In this document: piece by piece, positions 57,522 through 64,000 of the stretch
Numbering within the stretch: the first letter of the stretch is position 1
Layout: the number at the start of each line of letters is the position of its first letter
Origin: Spirochaetales bacterium Spiro_10
Lineage (GTDB): Bacteria > Spirochaetota > Spirochaetia > Treponematales > Treponemataceae
Direction of reading: 5' to 3'
Assembly (NCBI GenBank): GCA_001604405.1
Contig: LVBL01000017.1
Span: forward strand, 3,364 to 67,363
Length of the DNA: 64,000 bases
Notes under the pieces: generated by a model
Seen by the model: only the letters and a program-made list of their open reading frames with translations
Databases searched by the model: none
What the model was told of the DNA's origin: nothing
Program-made: the position numbers and the translations under genes

Positions 57522-58828
57522 ACTGCCTCCGAAAGGCTCAGCCGTCCAGGCTGAACCTCGACGGAATCGAACCTCACGCTCTCGACAAGGCGATTCGCGC
57601 CGTTAAAATACCGTACGGTAAAGGAATACGTCCCGGGTTCCACGGTAAACCCGCCCACGTGCGCCTTTCCCGGAAAATAGCGGGATATCCGCAGATCCGC
57701 CTGCTCGCTCGCCTCGGCGTAAATCTGCGTCCCGAGGCTCAAAAGCCCGAGCAGGAAGGCCCCGTCGGAATCCTTCGTCTTCTTGGCGGATTTTTCCAGG
57801 GCCATCGAGGTAGTCGTCTTGGCGATCGAGCGGACGATCGTCTTGAAATAGATGAACCCGGCCTTCGCCTTGAACGTCTCCGCGGCGACGGCCGCCATGT
57901 CCTCGATCACCTCGAGGTCGAAGCGCCTGCCGTCGTCGAAAAGGACGTCCGCGCGCGCGACGGCGGAGGGGCGCTTGGTCATCACGGGAAGGGCGATCTT
58001 GACCCAGTTGTTTCCCTTCAGGAATATCCGGTCCACCTTCTCGGTCTTGACGGGGCCCTTGCCGCTGAAGGCGATGACGTTGATGCGTCCCATGTCACGC
58101 GGCACGGAAAGTTCCTCGTCGAGCGAGGACGGAACGGGAAAACCGTATACGTTCTTGTGGTTGGCGAACGCGAGCTTGACCTGGTCGCGGTCTATGCGCG
58201 CGTCGTCGTACAGCCCGTCGGCACGGTAGAACAGCATGCCGAGGTAGCGGGCAAGCGCCGAATTGGCGAACTTCGTGGTATGAGCCTCGGCGTCGTAGGG
58301 AACGTCGCGGTTCTTCTCCAGGGCCGCGCGCTGAGCGTTCGACGTCGCGACGCCGTATTTCGCGGAAAGGTACTTGAGCTTGTTGTCGATGCGCCTGATC
58401 TCGACGAGGGCCCCGTCAAGCGAGCCCGCGCGATAGTAATTCAGGGAATTGAAGACGTTCAGGTAGATGTCCTCGTAATCCTCGCCCGGGTATTCCTTCG
58501 TGGAATCGTTGACGAGATACGAGGAGACCTCCTGGGTCACGCTCTTGGTGAACGCCGCCTCGATCCCGCGCTCGGCGTCCCGCAGTCTCTTCGAGGATTC
58601 GGTCAGGTCGCCTGCGTAGTGCGAAAGCATCCCGACGTCGAGATTGAACAAAACCGCGTCCTTGTCCCGATACCCCTTCCCCTTCTGGGCGCGCACCTGT
58701 TTGAGGGCGGCCTGATAGTCGCCCGAGGCGAACGAGGCGTCGGGTCCCTTGCTGTGCTCGACGCTTGCGCAGGACGCGAGCGTCAGGACGCACAGGGCCG
58801 CAAGTACGGCGTAAAACGTTTTGTTCAT
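57509..58828 (-). CDS. large conserved lipoprotein (TPR-like N-terminus; COG3014-like)
   Basis: Lipobox VLTLASC. GDYQAALKQV...YPGEDYEDIYLNVFNSLNYY. 439 aa. Confidence 0.6.
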   Translation of the reverse strand: MNKTFYAVLAALCVLTLASCASVEHSKGPDASFASGDYQAALKQVRAQKGKGYRDKDAVLFNLDVGMLSHYAGDLTESSKRLRDAERGIEAAFTKSVTQEVSSYLVNDSTKEYPGEDYEDIYLNVFNSLNYYRAGSLDGALVEIRRIDNKLKYLSAKYGVATSNAQRAALEKNRDVPYDAEAHTTKFANSALARYLGMLFYRADGLYDDARIDRDQVKLAFANHKNVYGFPVPSSLDEELSVPRDMGRINVIAFSGKGPVKTEKVDRIFLKGNNWVKIALPVMTKRPSAVARADVLFDDGRRFDLEVIEDMAAVAAETFKAKAGFIYFKTIVRSIAKTTTSMALEKSAKKTKDSDGAFLLGLLSLGTQIYAEASEQADLRISRYFPGKAHVGGFTVEPGTYSFTVRYFNGANRLVESVRFDSVEVQPGRLSLSEAVCVK

Positions 58829-58859
58829 CGCTTGCCTGTATTCTCCGGGGCCGATCGCG

Positions 58860-59468
58860 TCAAAGCTTGATCAGCGGGGCCTTGATGACCTTCTTGATGG
58901 AATCGTTCTCGCCGATCCATATCTTCCGGTTCGACTCGAGATCGACGAGCTCGGCGTACACGAAATACGTCCTGGTCGAGGTCTTGCCCGCGCGGTCCAC
59001 TATCGTCTTCACGGACCCGATCATCATGAAGTCGGCCCCGGTTTCGTTGGCGAGCGCCTTGGCGGTCTCCTCGCTAGCCCAGGACTGCTGTTCCCGGCGC
59101 TCGTCGCGAAGTTCGCCCCGCTCGCCGCTCGAGGCGACGAATTCGGCCTTTCCGCTGTTCAGGATCGCGGTTTCCATCTTTTTGGTGATGATGGAGGTGT
59201 CGATATGCTCGTCGCTCTGGTTGCGGAAGGAACCGACGATTATGACGGGCTCCTTGCCGGTCTTTTTCTGGAACTGGGCGACGCGCGGCGACGACAGGCA
59301 GTCCTTCAGAAGGGTCTCGCATACGATCCGGACGTCCGTGTCGTTCCAGTACCCGCTCAGGTCAGTCTGGGTATCCGATGAAACCCGGGTTACCTTCGGG
59401 GCGGACGAACAGGAAGCGAGGGCGAGGGCGGCGACGCAAGCGACCGCAATGATTATTCGGTTTTTCAT
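58860..59468 (-). CDS. LpoB-like (penicillin-binding-protein activator family) lipoprotein
   Basis: Lipobox ALALASC. ...PVIIVGSFRNQSDEHIDTSIITKKMETAILNSGK...YFVYAELVDLESNRKIW. Confidence 0.7.
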   Translation of the reverse strand: MKNRIIIAVACVAALALASCSSAPKVTRVSSDTQTDLSGYWNDTDVRIVCETLLKDCLSSPRVAQFQKKTGKEPVIIVGSFRNQSDEHIDTSIITKKMETAILNSGKAEFVASSGERGELRDERREQQSWASEETAKALANETGADFMMIGSVKTIVDRAGKTSTRTYFVYAELVDLESNRKIWIGENDSIKKVIKAPLIKL

Positions 59469-59536
59469 CAATTTCCTCCATAAAGAACTATACACTCAGA
59501 TTCGGGTAAAAAACAACATTACCCGACAGGCGAACC

Positions 59537-59899
59537 CTATTCCTCGATAAAATCGAGCTCCACCCCGTTCGGGTCGACAGCGGTCAGTATCTTCTTTCCG
59601 TCCTTGATCGTCCGCGGCGGGGAGATGATCCTCACGCCGTTCGCGGCGAGGTATTTCTCGGTTTCCCCGATCTGGTCGACGCTGAACGTCAGGGATATGC
59701 TGCCGCAGGAGATCGATTTTCCGCGCTCGTTGTACAAAAGCTCGATGGATCCGCCGCCGTTCTTGTCGGACAGGAAGGCGATCTGCTTGCCCGGGGCCGC
59801 GGAGATCATCGAGTCGAAGGAAAAACCGAGTACCTTTTCGTAGAAGGCGATCGATTTCTGGATGTCGGTAGTCCTGATAACCACGCTTTTCATCTTCAC
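59537..59899 (-). CDS. VOC/glyoxalase-family protein
   Basis: MKMKSVVIRTTDIQKSIAFYEKVLGF...IELL...DPNGVELDFIE. Confidence 0.8.
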   Translation of the reverse strand: MKMKSVVIRTTDIQKSIAFYEKVLGFSFDSMISAAPGKQIAFLSDKNGGGSIELLYNERGKSISCGSISLTFSVDQIGETEKYLAANGVRIISPPRTIKDGKKILTAVDPNGVELDFIEE

Positions 59900-59982
59900 G
59901 GAAACACTCCTTGCATGAGGTAAAACTTATATGCCCTACCGTATGATACACTTATTTCAACACCCGGGGCAAATGGTTCGCG

Positions 59983-60390
59983 TCACTCCCTCGGGCGCCA
60001 GGGACCGCCCGAACGGATCTCCCGGCACTTGGAATTCCGGTTCAAGGGGGTTTTCTGCCCGTTCTCGTCAACGGCCACGAAGGTCACGTTGTTGGTGAAT
60101 ATGAGCCGTTCCTCGACGCTACCCGGCATGTCCGCGTAGACGTCCACGGAGTAGAGCACGGAGGTCACGCCCAGTCTCCGTTGCTCGACGCGGAAGCGGA
60201 GGATGGACCCGTTCGGGACGGCATACTTGAATTCGCTGTTGTCCATCGCCCGCGTCACGAGAACGGAGCCGCAGAAATCCCGGGCGGCGGCGAGCCAGGC
60301 GAACTCGTCCACCCATTTCAGGAGCTGTCCGCCGAAAAGCTTGCCGTTGTGGTTCAGATGCTCGGTCCTGACCAGGGTGAATGTATCCAT
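59983..60390 (-). CDS. hotdog-fold acyl-CoA thioesterase
   Basis: VRTEHLNHNGKLFGGQLLKWVDEFAWLAA... Confidence 0.8.
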   Translation of the reverse strand: MDTFTLVRTEHLNHNGKLFGGQLLKWVDEFAWLAAARDFCGSVLVTRAMDNSEFKYAVPNGSILRFRVEQRRLGVTSVLYSVDVYADMPGSVEERLIFTNNVTFVAVDENGQKTPLNRNSKCREIRSGGPWRPRE

Positions 60391-60422
60391 GTAAAAAGCT
60401 CCTCCCCGCGGTCCCGAAACAG

Positions 60423-62174
60423 TCAGCCGCGTTCCGGCCCAAACAGGCCCCGGAACACCTCGGGGTCGTACGGCTTCACGATGTAACCCGCGACGACGTC
60501 GCTGTTCTTCTCGAGCATCTCGGCGTTCTCGCTCGTGGCGGTCACGGCCAGGATGGGACAGGCGACGCGCAGTTCCGTTTTCAGGATCCTCGCGGAATCA
60601 TACCCGTTCATGCGCGGCATGTGAATATCCATCAGGACAAGATCGTAAAAATCGGGTGGCAGCGAGCGGCACAGCTCGACCGCCTCGAGTCCGTCCACGG
60701 CCCGGTCGACGACGCAACCGGCGTTCGAAAGAAGCGTCTCGGCGATCTCGCTGTTGATGTCGTTGTCCTCCACGAGAAGGACGCGCCCGGTCTTTCTCGG
60801 GATGCTGGGGAGGGCCGCGGACAGCTCGCCTCCCGAGACCTCGAGGGGTTTTTTCATGACGACGATGAAATAGAACGACGAGCCCTTGCCCGGCGAGCTG
60901 TCGACCCAGATCACCCCGTGCATGAGCTCCACGAGGCGCTTGCAGATGGCAAGCCCCAGCCCCGTGCCCTCGTGCGTCTTTACGAGAACCTGGCCGAACT
61001 GCTCGAAGTCGGTAAAGAGCTTGGTCATGTCCTCCTCCGAAAGCCCGCAGCCGGTGTCGCGGACGGCGCACCTGAGTATGATGTCCTGGCCGATCTGCTC
61101 GTGGTTGAGGGAAACGGAAACGAAGCCCTTGTCGGTGAACTTGATGGCGTTTCCGACGAGGTTGATGAAAATCTGGGTGAGGCGGAACTGGTCGCCGAAG
61201 ACGTAAAAACGCTCGGGGCAGTTGAACTCCACGAGAAAGGACAAGCCCTTCTGCTGTACCTTGAGGGCGAAGAGGTCCGTGATGATCTTCTTGAGGTCGA
61301 ACAGGTTGAAGTTTTCGGGGTTGAGCGAGAACTTGTGCTCCTGCATCTTGGAAAAGTCGAGGATGTCGTTGACGACGGACAGGAGGAGCTCCGAGGCGTT
61401 CTCTATCTTGCCGATATACTCGAGGCACTTCGGGTCCTTGCAGAGGTTCCGCGCGAAATACGTCATCCCGAGGATCGCGTTGATCGGCGTGCGTATCTCG
61501 TGGCTCATGTTCGCGAAAAAATTGTCCTTCGAGACGGCATACCGGTGGGTCTCCTCGAGCTGCTGGGAAAGCCTCTGCTTGATCTCGTCCTCGCGCGTCC
61601 TGTCCTCGAGGGACAGGATGCTCACGAGCCCGAGCCGGGCATCCCTGACCGTGTAAAAATCGCACTCGATGCAGCGGACGCCGCTCGGGAGGAACACGCG
61701 GTATTCCCGGGAAAAACGCTCGCCGCTCTCGAGCGAGGCGGCGAGGCGTTCCGCGACGGGAACGAGCAGGGGGTCCACGAGTTCTCCGTAGTGGACGAGC
61801 TGCGGCGGGGAGCCGCTCTCCCATCCGAGCAGGCGGCAACAGGCGGGATTGATGTACCTGACCCGCCCGTGCGAGTCAAGGACCATGAGACCGGTCGAAA
61901 GCCCGTGAAAGACGTATTGGTACAGCTGCGACAGGCCGTAATGGAGGGTCGCGCGCACGTTCGTCCTTCTCATTCCGATAAAAGCCACCAGGGTCATGAC
62001 GAGGGTTATGGCCGGAAGGGCTATGAGCGCGCACACGCGAATGAGCGGCCGATCCGCGACCAGGCAGACTCCTCTCGCGACGTTTCCGTGCGCAAACGAG
62101 AGCGCGCCGATACTCACCATGCCCGCCAGCATGGCGCAATACAGGATGAACAGCAGTTTCGTAATGGTTCTCAT
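60423..62174 (-). CDS. hybrid sensor histidine kinase / response regulator
   Basis: TM segments, PAS, H-box FFANMSHEIRTPINAI, HATPase NLVGNAIKFT...DTGCGL...GTGLGLAICK, and REC domain VLLVEDNDINS...LVLMDIHMPRMNG. Confidence 0.9.
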   Translation of the reverse strand: MRTITKLLFILYCAMLAGMVSIGALSFAHGNVARGVCLVADRPLIRVCALIALPAITLVMTLVAFIGMRRTNVRATLHYGLSQLYQYVFHGLSTGLMVLDSHGRVRYINPACCRLLGWESGSPPQLVHYGELVDPLLVPVAERLAASLESGERFSREYRVFLPSGVRCIECDFYTVRDARLGLVSILSLEDRTREDEIKQRLSQQLEETHRYAVSKDNFFANMSHEIRTPINAILGMTYFARNLCKDPKCLEYIGKIENASELLLSVVNDILDFSKMQEHKFSLNPENFNLFDLKKIITDLFALKVQQKGLSFLVEFNCPERFYVFGDQFRLTQIFINLVGNAIKFTDKGFVSVSLNHEQIGQDIILRCAVRDTGCGLSEEDMTKLFTDFEQFGQVLVKTHEGTGLGLAICKRLVELMHGVIWVDSSPGKGSSFYFIVVMKKPLEVSGGELSAALPSIPRKTGRVLLVEDNDINSEIAETLLSNAGCVVDRAVDGLEAVELCRSLPPDFYDLVLMDIHMPRMNGYDSARILKTELRVACPILAVTATSENAEMLEKNSDVVAGYIVKPYDPEVFRGLFGPERG

Positions 62175-62219
62175 CGCGTTCCCGGGGGCTTCCGGAGCCC
62201 ATGTTTATGGTTACCTACG

Positions 62220-62249
62220 ATTATAGTCCCATAAACCCCCGGATTGCAA
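62220..62249 (-). promoter_or_regulatory. sigma70-type promoter of the hybrid kinase gene
   Basis: Minus strand: TTGCAA (62249-62244), 18 nt spacer, TATAAT (62225-62220). Confidence 0.5.
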
Positions 62250-62251
62250 AT

Positions 62252-63073
62252 TCATACTCGCCGTTCGGGGCCCTGGGACCGTCCTCCCGTACCGGAACCG
62301 GCAAGCTCGCGGGCCTTTTTTTCGACCGCCAGCCGGACCGCGTCAGGACCGTCGGCCGCGCTCTCCGCGATGAGGGTGACGAACACGGAACCCGCCACGA
62401 CGGCGTGCACGTGCGGGGCCAATGCCCCCGACTGTTCGCCGGTACGAATCCCGAAGCCCCCCAATACGGGCGTTTCAGGCGCCCCGAGGCTCCGCAGGAA
62501 GGCGAGCGTGTCGTCGTCTATCACGGTCGCCTTCCCGGTTATCCCCGCGCGCAGGGCGGCGTAGACATACGGGAAACCGCGTCCCGAAAGCAGGGCGATG
62601 CGTCCGGGGGACATGGAGGGCGCCGCGACGGGAACCGATACGAGGGACCGGGCTTCGCATTCGGCCCGCAGGCCCTCGTCGGAGTCGAAGGGCAGGTCGG
62701 GGACGATGAGTCCAGCGACTCCCGCGTCGGCCGCCCGGGCGACAAAGTCGCGTATGCCCGGTTTCCACAGGAGATTCGCGTAGCTCATCAGGAACACCGG
62801 GATTTCGGGAAAGGCGGCCCTGAGGCGGCTCGCGAACGCGAAGCCGCCGGACACGCGGAACCCCCGTTCGAGCGACCGCGCGCACGCGGTCTGAATCGCG
62901 GGCCCGTCCGCGCTCGGGTCGCTGAAGGGAAGCTGGATCTCGAAGTACGAGACGCCGCCGGCGGCCAGACCCTCGGCGGCGGCGAACGCCACGTCGTCGG
63001 TGGTATATCCCGCGACAAGATGCGCCATAACCCTGATATCGGCCCGCGCGGGCCCGTTCGTCTGCGCGTTCAT
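62252..63073 (-). CDS. trpA: tryptophan synthase alpha chain
   Basis: Start at MNAQTNGP overlaps the trpB stop (ATGA). YFEIQLPFSDPSADGPAIQ and GFGIRTGEQ motifs. Confidence 0.92.
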   Translation of the reverse strand: MNAQTNGPARADIRVMAHLVAGYTTDDVAFAAAEGLAAGGVSYFEIQLPFSDPSADGPAIQTACARSLERGFRVSGGFAFASRLRAAFPEIPVFLMSYANLLWKPGIRDFVARAADAGVAGLIVPDLPFDSDEGLRAECEARSLVSVPVAAPSMSPGRIALLSGRGFPYVYAALRAGITGKATVIDDDTLAFLRSLGAPETPVLGGFGIRTGEQSGALAPHVHAVVAGSVFVTLIAESAADGPDAVRLAVEKKARELAGSGTGGRSQGPERRV

Positions 63074-64000
63074 CGCGACCCCCCGAATACGTGAATGTCG
63101 ACGCCGGACTCGAGCCGCTCGAGCTCCGCCCTGAGAAACCGGCGCCATTCCTCCGGCCTGAATACCGGGGAGGTTATGAAGATGTCCTTGTCGCCGCGTC
63201 CTGACATGTTGACGATGACGGCCTTGTCCTTCGGCGCGCGCCGCGCGACCTCGAGCGCCGCCGCGCCGGCGTGCGCGCTCTCGAGCGCGAAGAGCACGCC
63301 TTCGGTCCGCGCGAAAAACGCGAGCGCCTCGAGCGCGGCGGCGTCCGGCACGGAGGTGAACTCGATGCGTCCCGACTCGCCGAGGGCGGCGAGCTCCGGG
63401 CCTATGCCCGGATAGTCGAGACCCGCCGAGATCGACCGGGTCTCCGCGACCTGTCCGTCCGCGTCGACGAGAAACCGGCTCTTGTAGCCCTGCAATATGC
63501 CGTCGCTCGCGGCGGTCCCGGTCATGCGCACGGCGTTCTCGCCGACCCCGGGCCCGACGCCGCCGGCCTCGGCGCCTATGAGGCGCGGCGAGGAGAGCGT
63601 CGTGAACGGCGAGAAGAAGCCGATCGCGTTCGACCCCCCTCCCACGCAGGCCACGAGGGCCTCGACGTCAAGGCCGCGCGCGCGGATCTGCTCGGCCGTC
63701 TCCGTGCCGATGACGGACTGGAAGGTCCGGACGATGTCCGGGAACGGCGCGGGGCCGAGCGCGGAGCCGATGAGGTAATGGGTGTCCGCGAAGCTCGAGG
63801 CCCAGTCGCGCATCGCCTCGTTGATGGCGTCCTTGAGCACGCGCGAACCCGAGGTCACCGCGACGACGCGGGCGCCGTAGAGCTCCATGGAGGCCACGTT
63901 CGGCTGCTGCCGGCGCACGTCCACCTCGCCCATGTAGACGACGCACTCGAGGCCGAGCTTCGCGCAGGCCGAGGCGGTGGCGAGACCGTGCTGTCCGGCG
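63070..64000 (-). CDS. trpB: tryptophan synthase beta chain, C-terminal part (runs off window end)
   Basis: ...GQHGLATASACAKLGLECVVYMGEVDVRRQQPNVASMELYGARVV...GGGSNAIGFF... The frame stays open to position 64000. Confidence 0.93.
   Translation of the reverse strand, partial: AGQHGLATASACAKLGLECVVYMGEVDVRRQQPNVASMELYGARVVAVTSGSRVLKDAINEAMRDWASSFADTHYLIGSALGPAPFPDIVRTFQSVIGTETAEQIRARGLDVEALVACVGGGSNAIGFFSPFTTLSSPRLIGAEAGGVGPGVGENAVRMTGTAASDGILQGYKSRFLVDADGQVAETRSISAGLDYPGIGPELAALGESGRIEFTSVPDAAALEALAFFARTEGVLFALESAHAGAAALEVARRAPKDKAVIVNMSGRGDKDIFITSPVFRPEEWRRFLRAELERLESGVDIHVFGGSR

Noticed and set aside
1-64000. CRISPR arrays, tRNA, rRNA, tmRNA, insertion sequences, integrases, prophage or defence-island content
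   Set aside because: I saw no regularly spaced direct repeats, no tRNA-like T-arm strings in intergenic DNA, and no ORFs with transposase, integrase or phage signatures. The intergenic gaps are nearly all under 230 nt.

Overview
64-kb, high-GC (roughly 60-65% by eye), gene-dense chromosomal segment. I found no rRNA, tRNA, CRISPR array, transposase or integrase. Gene content (CheX next to CheY, many lipoproteins, grpE-dnaK-dnaJ) suggests a spirochete-like organism; this is inference only. About 66 protein genes are supported. They include a contiguous pstSCAB-phoU-phoB-phoR phosphate regulon, a patatin/Omp85 (PlpD-like) protein, hup, glyA, leuS, aroA, ltaE, a CDF transporter, grpE-dnaK-dnaJ, nudC, purE-purF-purM-purN, purH, corA, an ABC-F ATPase, a TlpA/CcdA pair and trpA plus partial trpB. 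Observations worth a second look: (1) a six-gene operon encoding a partner-switching module (two membrane PP2C phosphatases, a STAS protein, an RsbW-like kinase) with no sigma factor, co-transcribed with a HAD-IB hydrolase and a VanY-type peptidase; (2) a CheY-CheX operon ending in a membrane-anchored CheA-type kinase that lacks a CheW-like domain; (3) a ZTP (pfl-type) riboswitch candidate upstream of glyA with an apparently covarying pseudoknot, inside a split pair of short chromate-transporter-family genes; (4) a promoter, small leaderless ORF and strong terminator upstream of the ABC-F gene, resembling a ribosome-dependent attenuator; (5) recurrent promoter-to-ATG spacing implying leaderless mRNAs; (6) an in-frame uncharacterised N-terminal extension on PurN; (7) a structured corA leader; (8) a three-lipoprotein cluster (LpoB-like, large TPR-like, LPP20-like); (9) a stand-alone MraY-like paralogue. 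All calls rest on reading the supplied translations and DNA. No database search or folding computation was run.
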